In this document: piece after piece, positions 26,969 through 39,920 of the stretch
Numbering within the stretch: position 1 is the stretch's first letter
How the letters are laid out: each line of letters starts with the position of its first letter
Source: Chrysomallon squamiferum
Lineage: Eukaryota > Animalia > Mollusca
Direction: 5' to 3'
Length of the DNA: 64,000 nt
Assembly (NCBI GenBank): GCA_012295275.1
Contig: CM022673.1
Location: 14,508,001 to 14,572,000, forward strand
Position numbers and translations under genes: made by a program
The notes under the pieces: generated by a model
What the model was told of the DNA's origin: nothing
Database searches by the model: none
What the model saw: only the letters and a program-made list of their open reading frames with translations

Positions 26969-27550
26969 GCATCAGCATCATCATCAGCATCTTCATCATC
27001 TTTATCATTATTATTATTATTATTATAAATTCCCTTTTTTATGGATGTGTACAGAATGACTGAATGTTTTCCGGTACACTGCATACAGACATTAGTCTAG
27101 TTCTGCTGTTGAGAAGTGGAAGGTAATACAATGAAGTTTTGGTAACAACATAACACAGAAACAACACAAACTGAAAAACAGTCAACATTCTGTGAGTTAG
27201 TGTGTGTGAGTTTCATTGTGTGTGTCATTTGATACGACGTCTTTTCAGAGAAATTCTAAAAACTGACTCTGATGTCTATTTTGTCTGTTTGTTTCGTGTT
27301 CATATATCACTGTGAAAAATGCGAGATTTCTGGTAACTAGTGCAAGCAGCAAGCGCGTGTTTTCACGAGAACTATTATTGTAGTTTAATTACTTTAAACC
27401 TAAATGTGCAGTTCTAGTAACTCGTTTTAGATGTAAATGTTTACTGATCTTAAACCCAATAGCGAATTAATCCTACAACATTTAACTAAATATATAAATA
27501 TATTTTAAATTTATTTTTGCTCTTTTCGCCAATAGGTGAATGCTAAAATT

Positions 27551-27700
27551 TAGCCAAGTGGTTAGACTGCTTGCTTCATTTATCAGAATCGCTACCTCAA
27601 TCGGTCCGTTGTTTTGTTTTCAGTTCCAACCACTGACGCATCTATACTTTTCAAACATTGTGGAATGTACTATCTAGTCTTTGATAACTATTTATAAATA
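27551..27700 (+). mobile_element. Decayed tRNA-derived SINE, 5' portion
   Basis: Pol III A-box TAGCCAAGTGG at 27551-27561, then ttttcagttccaaccactg...tgtggaatgtactatc, resembling the body of gastropod tRNA-SINEs. No intact B-box. Confidence 0.5.
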
Positions 27701-28204
27701 TTGATAATGTGTAAGAGTATCCCTTCAAGTGACATGTTGTTATTATTCAAACATCGCATATTTCAAATAACCTATGTAACACTACAAGGTGCTGATAAAT
27801 CCTTCTTTCACGTTCTTATAATTATTATTATATCAGGAAATTATTATTATATCAGGCACTCGGTTACTCTTAGTTTTCATTAACATGCTTACTGAATACA
27901 TCCTTGTTATTTGTTGTTGTTTGTTTTACACTCAGTAACGGACATCAATGACCAGTGGTCAAGACTGACACACTAATGAGGAATAATAACACATATTACT
28001 TGTCCTTTCGCCTACATACACGAGTTTGAACCAGGCTGCGATAATTTAACAGTGAGAAAAACTCAGATTTACCTAAATCTTTCGTGAGACTTTATTTTTA
28101 TTATCATTAATTTATGTTAGAGATACGCATTACAAAATATCTGTTATATAAAGAACATAGAGTTTGGTATTGTCTTTATAACGACAGACATAAAATCTAC
28201 AACA

Positions 28205-28281
28205 ATCCTACAACAACAACTACTACTACTACTACTACTACTGCTACTATTCTTCCTCTTCTTCTTCTTCTTCTTCTTCTT

Positions 28282-28312
<31 letters not shown>

Positions 28313-28330
28313 TTATTATTATTATTATTA
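28205..28330. repeat. (CAA)(CTA)(CTT)(ATT) compound trinucleotide microsatellite
   Basis: Read directly from the sequence. Confidence 0.95.
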
Positions 28331-28509
28331 CAAATATTATTTATTTTTACAGCGGTGGTGTGGTTATGAATACACGGATCTGTTAGTGTAATGTATCTGA
28401 CTTAGTTCTGTTAGAATCTTCAGTTTAATCTTCAGACAAGTCTGTTAATGAAATCTGAGAACTCTCCAGTGTTTAATATCCTACTGTACATAACACTGCT
28501 GTACAATAT

Positions 28510-29140
28510 ATCTATATTTTGCACATGCCTATCACGTGATATTTATTACATAAATATTGTTTATTTGATATCTGTGACATATCCACTTTTTTTTTTACAC
28601 TGTATGTATTTCATAGGCCTGTCAAGTGATATTTGTGACATATGTACTTTTTATTGCACATTATATATTGTACAGGCCTAAAACAATGACATTTCTGTTT
28701 ACAAAGGCCTGTCACGTGATAGGGTTAAACATATACATTTTTTTTTTGATTACACAGTATGTATTGTATAGGCCTACCAAGTGATATTTGTGACGTAAAC
28801 ATGTTTTATTACACAGTATGTATTGTATAGGCCTACCAAGTGATATTTGTGACGTAAACATGTTTTATTACACAGTATGTATTGTATAGGCCTACCAAGT
28901 GATATTTGTGACGTAAACATGTTTTATTACACAGTATGTATTGTATAGGCCTACCAAGTGATATTTGTGACGTAAACATGTTTTATTACATAGTATGTAT
29001 TGTATAGGCCTACCAAGTGATATTTGTGACGTAAACATGTTTTATTACACAGTATGTATTGTATAGGCCTACCAAGTGATATTTATGACGTAAACATGTT
29101 TTATTACATAGTATGTATTGAACAGGTCTATCACGTGACA
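28510..29140. repeat. Minisatellite, 59-bp unit (ttattacacagtatgtattgtataggcctaccaagtgatatttgtgacgtaaacatgtt), about 6 near-identical copies plus diverged flanking copies
   Basis: ggcctacc anchors at 28771 and 28830 give period 59; diverged units lie at 28510-28750. Confidence 0.96.
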
Positions 29141-29525
29141 CACAGAGGTGACTACATAGTCCACTGTTGGCGTGCTTTTAGTCAGATTACTTTGATCAAG
29201 TCGAAGCTCTGACCTTAATGGTGAATGAAATAATAATTTTGAAATATCAGCTCGCATCTCCGGGGACTTCTGTCATTTTCTAATTACACAACTGGGATCT
29301 GCGCGGTGTCGAACACAAAGTAATGTTACATAGTTATTGCCCACCTTTGTCGCAATAATATTTAGTGTGCAGACCTTAATGTGTGCTACAGTCAGCACTT
29401 TATTACGTGTGTCTGTCTGAGAGAAAGACAAAATATAGAGATACAGACTGACAGACACCCTCATAAATACATACATTATACACACATATGTATGTGTGTA
29501 TAAATACACAAAACACACATACAGA

Positions 29526-29528
<3 letters not shown>

Positions 29529-29615
<87 letters not shown>

Positions 29616-29628
29616 GTATGTATGTATA
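29529..29628. repeat. (GA)n then (TATG)n microsatellite
   Basis: Read directly from the sequence. Confidence 0.98.
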
Positions 29629-31152
29629 TTTATAATAAAATCGAAAATTAATATTTTTTAATACTTTATAATACAGAAACGTAATAGATTTGTCAAATGA
29701 TATGATTTATTAAGTTTTTTTTTTTTTTTGGCAAATTACCCTGTCTACAGAACAAATATGCTGAATAAACGTAATCATTTATTAATGTATATTACGATAA
29801 CAACATTTCTCCGTCATTAGTTATAATTAATCCTGCAATACAGCGATAACACAGATACGTTCAAAATGTCGTGCATTCCTTAACGACTAGCAGTGTTTTT
29901 TGAAAGCAGGGTGAACGACTTTTTAAACTTATTTTATTATTAATTATTACTTGGCTTTGTTTTACACGGTAACTATACAAAACAGAAACTCACAACTGCA
30001 GCTTTATGAATTAAACATATTAGAACAAGCAGATATTTTACATAAAACGTTCTAAGAGTAGATCGTGAGCCACTGGGTGGAACGTGAAATAGTGAGTGCA
30101 TGACTGAGGGCAGACGCGACAGTAACAAGAGAATTTCAATAAATTTCATTAAATAAAAAATAAAAAATAAAATTCTTTCAACCGTAAAATGATTGTGAAA
30201 ATGGCTTAAATATATCTCTAGAAATATTTAAACACAGTTTATTTTTCAAGTTATTTCTAAACTGATTTAAATACATAATACACGTGACTACTTATTTAGT
30301 TAATAGTTGTATTCTTTTTACTCGTTACATTCTTTTTCCCATGACATTACAGTGATGTGTGTGCATATATATATATATGTAAATTCTTGAACTGTGGACA
30401 TTTAACTAGTTTAAATCTATTAACAATTTTTGTTTTTACTGTTGGCATGCACTCAAAGTATGAGATTTAATTGTTTGAAAGATGCAATATTTCAATTTCG
30501 CTCGGATGACTGAAACAACCGATCAGGGAGGATAGGAAAGCATCACGTGATCAGTGTACTCCACGTCTGTCAACGCAAAACACAACATTCCTTTTAGTTG
30601 TTTTTAGACAAAAGAATTGTGGTTTTGGCTTCAATATGTTTTCTTAAAAACTGTTAAAACAACCAATATGACATTGTTTTTTTTTTTTATTATTTTTTTT
30701 TATTCGTCTACATGTTTCTATGTGGACTCTTACACAGCGAGTCTTCTGACGTCACTTTTTTAACAAATTTTCACTGTTAACGCGAGTCACGTGATTCTGC
30801 CGTAGATTCAAATCTTTCCACAGTAAACACTTGCACAGGGTGAAATTAATACACTTTAAAATGATTCTGTTAAAACTTTATACATTTTCATTTAAAGAGA
30901 CGAGCCTAGAATTTTTTTCGGAGGTAATAATATAATGTCTACCTTGAAAAATGTGTCTGTATGAAACTTCACGCTCTGTACAGAACTTATATAATATATT
31001 TTAAAACAAACTGAAACATTAGTTAGTGTTTGTAGTCAGTTTTAATTATTAAAATTATTTGTGGTGACAGCACCCGCTCTTGGTCTCTCGGATCGATTCC
31101 TGACGTATTTTAAAAGTGAAAATGAGGATTTGAGGAAATGACTGTTTTAATA

Positions 31153-31490
31153 CAGGTACCGGACCAATTATCCGGCGTCCTGAAATCCGGAAAGACCAGA
31201 AAACCGGAAGTTTTTCCCCGACGCTATTTTCATAGTTCACGCGCGCGGGTGTTGTCCTCACCAGACCGGAACTACTCTTTCAAGCCGCGTGGTGTTCATT
31301 TACTCGCCGCATTTTTACGTGTCGAGTCGCCACAGTTGAGTATCGTCTGTTTTCTTTATGTTTTTAATTTTAAAATGTTTATGCCAAATTATTTACGTAT
31401 TTAGATGCCTTGGTACCAGAAAACCAGAAAAATCATGAAATCCAGAACGTCTTAGGCCCCAAGGAGTCCGGATAATTGGTCAGGTATCTG
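31153..31490. mobile_element. Non-autonomous Tc1/mariner-superfamily (pogo/Tigger-like) MITE, 338 bp
   Basis: 23-bp TIRs CAGGTACCGGACCAATTATCCGG and CCGGATAATTGGTCAGGTATCTG (2 mismatches); TA target duplication at 31151-31152 and 31491-31492; internal repeated aaa(t/a)cc(g/a)gaa motifs; no transposase. Confidence 0.9.
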
Positions 31491-31570
31491 TATCCCATTT
31501 AAACCGTGCATCAACTATGAACGTTTGTCATGTTTGATGATGAGATTGTTTTTGTTTATGTTTTTAGAAT

Positions 31571-31603
<33 letters not shown>

Positions 31604-32148
31604 TAAATCTGCTTGAAATTTGTGTGAAATTTGGCCCCTGTTTGAGAACCTTTCAACATTTTTCTCACACTTACAACAAGACAAAACAAACTGCACGGAA
31701 ATAACTGTTTCTTTCTGTCTCTCTACGCGCTGTTAATTGAAACAACAGTTTTACTGCTGAAACATTTATCATGTTTAATAAATACAAGAAGCACTGTTAG
31801 AAATAACTGTTTGTTAATAACTGCTCATCTAAACAGAGTTCTTCTCATTCCGCAGTAGTCATGTGTGGCTCCCTCTCTCTCTCTCTCTCGCCCGTCCGTC
31901 CGTCTGAATGTCTTCTCTTGTAACTAACTGTTTATGTGTATCTGTGTGCATGTTTATAACTGTTTATCTGTCCCACTGTAGTAATGTGTTTTCCTTGTCG
32001 CTCTGTTAATATCCATACATATCCATCTGGTTTGTGTGTTTTTTCTCTTCTTCTTCTTTTTTTTTTTTTTTTCGTGTTTATTTATTTTTATTATTATTAT
32101 TTTTTTTTTTTTTATCAATCTATATATCTGTTTTTCTGTCTCAAAATA

Positions 32149-32184
<36 letters not shown>

Positions 32185-32399
32185 GTCTTAAAAACTATCT
32201 CCCTACAAAATATATATTAAGTTAAAACATAAATTTATCGTCCTATGTAAAAATGAACTGATATTAAGAAGACAGCGAGGTGAAGTAAATGTTATGTGTG
32301 TGTTTCAGTGTGTGTGTGTGTGTGTGTGTGATGTTTAATGAGAGGGGTCAGGGGCTGATTTCAGAGGAAATTTCGTTAACATATCAGTAAGCAAATGAA

Positions 32400-32825
32400 G
32401 AAAAGACAAAGCCAGTCGAAATCGAGTCTGGCAAACCGAGGCGGCATCGGGAGCGCTGTATGAAGTGATCGATAGAGAGGCAGAAAGGCGGTATAAAACC
32501 GTCCCGAAGAGCTGGCGTCTCGCGCAATTTCCCGCTACCTACCATGTCGTCTGCTCTGAATGGAAGGAGAAAATAAAATATTTATAGACGTCGAAGGAGA
32601 AGTGGTCAGCGCGCTGCCAGCTGTGAGCGCTGAATGCAGACGTCGCACGCGTCACTTTGTTTTGAACGTGCTGCTCAAGCGCACGTGAGAGACGCGGAAC
32701 TGGAAAGACTGGGCGCAGTGCGTTCGTGAGTCTTCAAATTGGGAGAAACATTCAATTGGATATCACTGATCACGTGACCGCTGCCGAATGGTTCTGTTTC
32801 TTTTAAGATTAAAGCGTTTTCAGTT
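32400..32825 (+). promoter_or_regulatory. CpG-rich promoter region
   Basis: High CpG density, TATAAAA 32492-32498, CACGTG at 32682 and 32771, Inr-like TCAGTT 32820-32825, and a consensus splice donor downstream. Confidence 0.6.
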
Positions 32826-32969
32826 TGCTGGACAAAGCGGCAAATAGAATTGTACGGAAAATACAAGCAGTTGAAGCTGACAGAAAGAAATTGTTCACAC
32901 AAACAAACATTCGTGTTCTGATATCTTACTCACTGCGGGATTTTCAGTTCTCGACTGGGAGACTCTCTG
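32822..32969 (+). other. Candidate non-coding first exon (5' start uncertain, about 32526 or 32822)
   Basis: Ends at CTG|GTAAGT (GT at 32970-32971), after which composition shifts abruptly to AT-rich intron-like DNA. Confidence 0.55.
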
Positions 32970-34158
32970 GTAAGTAAGAAATGAATTATTAACAGCAAGA
33001 CTTTGTTTGAAAATACAGCCTACTAAAACACATTTTTAAATCTTTTATTTTATTTTATTTTATTTTATTATTATTATTATTTTTTGTTTACCGAATCGGA
33101 TAATAAAATAGATATTTTTTTTAATCCCAAATTGAAAATAGATTTCCTCAATTACTAAACAACACAGTACATTTTAATTTAAACGACAGATGAAAAAAAA
33201 AAAAAAAGTTTGTGTTGTAAAATATATGGTTTTTATCTATTATCTGCTGAAATTGTAAACCACCGCAGTTTTTATTTGTAAAACGAAATATCAATACGTT
33301 AAAGACAGGACGTGTAAAACTTTAATCTGTGTCCAGTTGCTTTACAGTGAACAGTGTTTTAATAAAACTGATACACGTGTGGGTTTTTTTTTTTCCACTC
33401 CCGTGATTAAAACACTCGACTCTGCTTCAATCTCAATACAGCAGTTACAGCGATGTTTGACTTTTTTCATAACTGATAGTTTTTCTGTTGCGATCTTGTT
33501 TACATCGTATAAATTACTTTTAACTTGTTCTTTTTTTAAATTAAGAATTAGTGAGGTAAATATATATACTCACATACATACACATATATACACATATTTA
33601 TATACACAAACATTCACACACATACATACATTCACACATTTATAGATACACACTTGCATATATATTCATACATACAGGCACACACGACATAAGTAAACAA
33701 ATATATTAACACCGATGACAACAACAACAACAACAATAATAACAACAACAATAATAAAAACAATAAATACAACAAAAATAAACAGAAGACAAAATAAAGA
33801 ACTTAAGAAAGATTTATCTAATACAAATTTGCATTGTTTTCACTAACAATTTTATTTTTGAATAATTTTACTGAAAATTAATATTTACAGATGAGTGCTT
33901 ATTCAGAAAAATGATTTATTTTCAACAAGGAAATATTAAATAAACTAAATTAAGCTCATTAAAACAATTTACGACAGAACAGATCCGAAGCTACATTAAT
34001 GGATAGAAAATATAAAACGTTATAATCAGTTAGTCATGTGAAATGTTTTTACCTTTACGGAAAATTTTATCTCGTTTTTCTTGTACAGTGTTTTCAATTA
34101 ACAGCACATTTTTAGTATGTTAGTAAGTTAGATAGTTGTCTTATAATCTTTACGATTT

Positions 34159-34240
34159 TATGTATGTATGTATGTATGTATGTATGTATGTATGTATGTA
34201 TGTATGTATGTATGTATGTATGTATGTATGTATCTATGTA

Positions 34241-34315
<75 letters not shown>
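34159..34315. repeat. (TATG)n(TG)n compound microsatellite
   Basis: Read directly from the sequence. Confidence 0.98.
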
Positions 34316-34318
<3 letters not shown>

Positions 34319-34499
34319 GCCGAGAGGGGGATTTCTCACTTTGATTGCTATGCTTAACCACAGTCATATTATGTTGTGGCTAATGATGTTTATAATTAGG
34401 AAACGTAATCACGTTGACAGATTTCTTTGTACGTCGCGCAAACCGCTGAAATAACAGACAAACCCCAAAACCAACGACAAATTAACCAGAGTTCATTGT

Positions 34500-34625
34500 A
34501 AACCACTATGCCACAGAAAAACCACTACACCACAGGAAAACCACTAAGCCACAGAAAAGCCATTATGTCATTGTGAACTACTGTATCATAAAACCGGTAT
34601 GCCACAGGAAAATCGCCAAGTCGTT
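34500..34625. repeat. Short degenerate repeat, about 20-bp unit (aaccactatgccacagaaa)
   Basis: Three clear copies and several decayed ones. Confidence 0.75.
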
Positions 34626-35346
34626 GGTAAACATCAGAATCAAAGATAAACCACAAAACATCGGCGATTTCACGAAGAAAGAAAACTTTAGAAATTACTC
34701 TGCAGCACTCAACTCTGCAGATTTAATCATAGCTGATAAAGAGTAATAAAAACTTCAGTGACAAAGTCTTTCCTTTAAAAACAGGCCTTCGCTAAATGTT
34801 TGTATGTTCGAATTAAAGAAATAATTTGTTACTTTTAAATACGTATTTTAGTAATAATATGTATTTATACAAGTAAAAGGTTCTATAGCTATCAAAAAAA
34901 TGTTTATTATGTATTAGCAAATAACATAAATAGCGTAAATATATAATTTTTTATTTGGTATATATATATGCATGTATGTATACACACAAACACACACGCA
35001 CAGACGTGTACAGACACCCATACTATTTAGGATCACATAGGTAATTAGGAGGTACATTACTTATCTCTTCATTTTAAACTGTTATAAGTTTTCGTTTTTA
35101 ACACGCACGTTACTGACAGACATATTTACGTCTGTATGTGTCAGAAAACTACGACTGTACGGTTTCAGTGTATCAATATTAAACATCAAGATACGTTTTC
35201 TTTTTTTACATCTTGATACACAACAGAAATGTTCTGTTCTTGACTTTTTGCGTAAAAGTTTGCTGGTTAGAAATGTTTATGTGTTACATGTACACGTATA
35301 TTTAATTTACGTATATACATAGAAAGGCAGATAGATACACATAGCA

Positions 35347-35715
35347 CATACATACATACATACATACATACATACATACATACATACATACATACATGCA
35401 TACATCCATCCATCCATCCATCCATACATACATACATAAATACAAACATACATACATACATACATACATAAATACAAACATACATACATACATACATACA
35501 TAAATACAAACATACATACATACATACATACATAAATACAAACATACATACATACATACATACATAAATACAAACATACATACATACATACATACATAAA
35601 TACAAACATACATACATACATACATACATACATACATACGAAAGAGAATATTCAAAATCCTAAACTACATACATACATACATACAGATAGATAGACAAAT
35701 AGATAGATAGATATA
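35347..35715. repeat. (CATA)n microsatellite with a 32-bp higher-order unit ((cata)6 aatacaaa)
   Basis: The interruption aatacaaa recurs regularly, about 6 times. Confidence 0.93.
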
Positions 35716-36799
35716 ATCATGTAATACCTGCGTACATACACAGAGATAGATGGAACGAGAAAAAAAAAATCAACAAGGGAATATTTGTTGTTTTAATCGA
35801 AAATAACTCAGGAGCCTAATAGATTTGTTACAACTTAATTATATAATTAAAAACATTTCGCTCTTTGGTTCGAGTCTTTTGATATATTACTAAACAAAGC
35901 GTTCAACAAAATTACTTTTAGACAATTTAGCTACAGAAAGAAATATAATGAATTTTTGTGAAGTGAAGAAAGTACGTAACTTAATTGAAATAATTTGTTC
36001 AAGCGATTTGCTGAAGTGTTTGCAGCGTCAATAACATAATTAAATGATTTTGGCGATAGCGCGTTTTACAGCGTCTTCACAGAAATATATGTATTTTTTA
36101 TTTTTTACTCAGTTCTTGGCAATTTTCAAAACTTATTAGAAAATAAACTGAAGACAGTGTGGAAGTATGTAAATAGTAAAAAGCGTTTTCCGATGTACGA
36201 GAACAAATTAAAGAGAACAAAAAAAAAAAAAAAAAAAGATAAAAACGTAGTAACGTCTTTGTGTTGGTTCTGTGTCACACTGAATTTATAAACTTTCGTA
36301 ATTTATGACAATTTTCTAAATTCGTAAATATTTATATGATTATGTTTATATCATGTTTTCTGTTTTTAGAAATGGTAAATTTATAAGATACCTGTGTTGT
36401 AAATATTTTTAACACGTTAAATTTATATTAAAAAATATGTTTTGATAAAATTATACATTTATGAAACATATAGTATCGGTATATCGGAGCACTTTAAAGC
36501 TATTAATATCTAAAATGCTGTTTATGTTTCGCATGTGGTCTGTTCATTAACATCATGCTTCAAGTGATACGGCTATTTTTTCACCAAAATGTTATTAAGT
36601 CTGAATGAATGTTTAATTACCTCGTCTTTCTGCAGATTGTGATAAAAAATTGAAGTCGGTAGACATACACGTTGATTAACAGAAGAAAAAAACAAACATA
36701 AAGATTAAATAACCTAACGCAAAAATGTGTGTTAACGTTTCTGAAGATTTCGATCCGATAAGTTTTGAATCTGTCGATACCCGCTTTGTAGTTAGTGAT

Positions 36800-37007
36800 C
36801 TCTCTCTCTTTCTCTCTGTATGTGTTTGTCTTATCTCTGTCTCTCTCTCCCTCTCTGTTTCTCTCAGTTAATATATCTATATCTATCTATCTGTCTATAT
36901 ATATATATATATACATATATATGTATGTATGTATTTATGTATACATACATGCATGTATGTATGTATGTATGTATGTATGTATGTATGTATGTATGTATGT
37001 ATGTATG

Positions 37008-37038
<31 letters not shown>

Positions 37039-37045
37039 ACATACA
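36800..37045. repeat. (TC)/(TA)/(TATG)n compound microsatellite
   Basis: Read directly from the sequence. Confidence 0.92.
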
Positions 37046-37174
37046 CATTTTGGCATTGTTTTATTTCATCTTCGCTTTTCTATTATGAATTCTGTTATAT
37101 GTAGCTGTTATCTATATTAGTCCAGTCTTCTGTGTATTTAACTGTGTTTCATAACTGTCATTCTTCCCCCGCAG

Positions 37175-37196
37175 ACTCTGAGATGTGTGTGCGGAT
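37175..37196 (+). other. Candidate 22-nt microexon containing an ATG (ACTCTGAG ATG TGT GTG CGG AT)
   Basis: Acceptor ataactgtcattcttcccccgcag and donor gtaagt at 37197. Confidence 0.55.
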
Positions 37197-37626
37197 GTAA
37201 GTAAATAATACTAACGTGCAGCGCTGTAATTTAAAACTTTGTTTTGTAAACAGCGGATGAAAGTAACGTGGTTACACTAAATGGAGAGATTCTCGAGGTT
37301 CAAGTGAGAGTTGATAGCAGTTTTAAACAAAGACACGAGATATAATCAGGCAGAAGGAACATCTGGTTATAACGGGATGGACAGATCTGTTAGAACTGAG
37401 AAATGTTTTGAAGATTTGAGAGATAAAATTTCTAATTTACAGGATGTCTGTTGTCCACAGATGGGAAATCTTGTTATTTTCTGTTTCGCTTTCTTTAACG
37501 TTGCTTGTCAACTGTTTATGAATTTAAACTTTACGTTATGTAAAGAATTAAGAATTATAAATTTTGCTCATTTGAAAACTAATTAGTGAAATGTTAACGC
37601 TTCTTTCACTGCTCTTCTTCCAACAG

Positions 37627-37713
37627 ACAGGAAAATAAGGATGCGAGACTGTGGTTGGAACGAGAAAAATTTCGCTCGGCCTTTCGAGATCTTGCAGCGC
37701 CTGAGTCGAACGT
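37627..37713 (+). other. Candidate 87-nt exon; continues the microexon ATG in frame (MCVRIQENKDARLWLEREKFRSAFRDLAAPESNV...)
   Basis: Long polypyrimidine acceptor ttctttcactgctcttcttccaacag with an upstream ttaac; donor gtatgt at 37714; GC-richer than flanks; length divisible by 3. Confidence 0.5.
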
Positions 37714-38384
37714 GTATGTTTGTATTTTAGTCAGTGAAAGGTTTCAGCTATTTCTTTACTGACTTCTTCTTCTTGTGGAAGATTAAAGAGAATTTCAGAC
37801 CTGCATTAAGAGTACTTTACTCGTTTCACGAATTTCAATCTCTTTTCTTCCTCTGTTTCTTTAAAACAAAAACAAAAAAACCCCAACTATCTAAATACAC
37901 GAAATCGTACAGATAAACTGACAGTTTAAAACTATTTTGAAAATAGCAATATTTTATACCGCGTTATTATGACTGAAGGAAAATAGCAGTGTTAAGATCT
38001 ATAGATAAATAACTTTTTTTCTTATACTACGCCGTAACAGCATTGAGAAAATAACAGTTTTATCTTCCAATTTAACGTTAGTTTGACGAATACCACAGTT
38101 ATCTGTCGTAGCATGATCGTCTGATGAAAAAAAATAGGAATTTTGCCAGCCAAGGTAAATAATATTTTAATCTATGTTTTAATGATGCAAAGAAAATTAA
38201 AATATATTACACCAAATGAGTTAGTTAATGACAAATAAGCATATTTTATTTACTTCATAATTAGTTATAACTAAAATCTAGTAACATGTTATTAATAGCT
38301 AATATAGCACTTTTTTAAATAAAAAAAACCAATGTTTTTAATAAGTTATATTTATCTAGAAATAATATTTTATAATTATCGAAT

Positions 38385-38600
38385 AACAGAGTTTTATAAA
38401 TGTGTTATGAGTTTTTAATACGCCATAATTACAAAATAATAGCGTTTTATAATTCATCGTGATTGTAAAATAACAGCGTTTATAATATGTCATAATTATT
38501 AAATAACGGTGTTTTATAATACGTGATAATTAAATAATAGTATTTTATAATACGTGATAATTAAATAATAGTATTTTATAATGCGTGATAATTAAATAAT
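38385..38600. repeat. AT-rich minisatellite, 31-bp unit (ttttataatacgtgataattaaataatagta)
   Basis: cgtg anchors at 38522 and 38553; diverged copies upstream. Confidence 0.85.
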
Positions 38601-38806
38601 AGTAGTGTTTTATTGTAAGCTTTATTATATAGCAGTATTTTATGTCATAAATGTCTAATAAATTTTTTTACTATATTTTTGTATTACGTCATACCGATGA
38701 AATGAGACCTATGAGTATTTTATAAAATGTTAAAAACGGTCTTTATTTTATTATTATTATTTTTTTTTATCTTTTATTTTTTATTTTATTATTATTATTA
38801 TTTTTT

Positions 38807-38849
<43 letters not shown>

Positions 38850-39729
38850 GTTGGTTTTTTTTTTTGTTTTTTTTTTGTTCTACATTTAAAGCTGATAACG
38901 AGACAATTAAGGTTATTTTCAGTGATGCCAAAGAATTTTTTATTCTATATTTTGTCTAATTGTAGGTGTAAATATTTCTTTTGATTTAAACACTGATAGA
39001 AATTTGAAAACTCAACATGTCGGTGCTAACAGTTCTTTCAACTAAATATTTTTATCTTTTACTTCTTCATTCTTGTTTTTTCTTTTCTTTAAGTAATTTA
39101 TATGCACATAAAAAAATTAAATATTTTTGTATTTTAGATGTTTAAACGCTAATATTCCTTGCTCTGGTTGCATAAACCAAGCGAATGTTGATAGCGGTTG
39201 TAATCGCTGGTGACAGAAATGTGATGATATATGTTATTTATATCTGAAAACACGAAACTCGAGAAAACGATATTAAGTAATATTCGGTAACAGATTAGAT
39301 TTGCACCGAGAATTCTGAACCGCCGCCCGTCTACATCTCTTTTGCACAAATTTGAGAAACTACCTGATTGAATTAGTAACTACATAAATGAATTAGAAGG
39401 AGTAAGTGTGTGAGTGAGTGAAGAAGTAAATAATGTATATTTCTTGAAAAGTTATCTCAGTACATTTCTTTTATTTTACAATTGTAACATCCAGAAGAGC
39501 AGCGGATGTAAAATGAAAGAACCTCGCTTTAGAAGTCTACATTAGTTATGTCTATTAGCAGCAATAAATATTTCTCTTTCCTGCTTTCTGTCCTCCTTTC
39601 TTTGTAAATCTCTGTCTCTGTATCACTCACGTAGTTAATGGATTCATATTTCTCTCCAGTGAAACCAAATTACGTAGCTCAATAATAAATTCGTCTTTCC
39701 CATAAAAAATTCTGAGGCCAGATAAAATC

Positions 39730-39920
39730 AAACCCGTCACAGTGTATTTGTCGTCTGGTTCTATCAGACGGAAATAACGATCCCACAATGCATCAGAAAT
39801 GCGTGAAATTCGAGATCTGCAGTTTTCCTGTGGTCGCCATCATACATCACCCCGTTTCGCGCAGACACAAATTTCATATTTATTCAAAATGGATTATGTG
39901 AAGAGGGCAAAGGTGAAAAG
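39730..39920. promoter_or_regulatory. Candidate regulatory island with ZNF143/Staf-like and DR1-like sites
   Basis: TCCCACAATGCATC 39781-39794 and AGGGCA-A-AGGTGA 39904-39916 in CpG-containing unique sequence. Confidence 0.35.
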
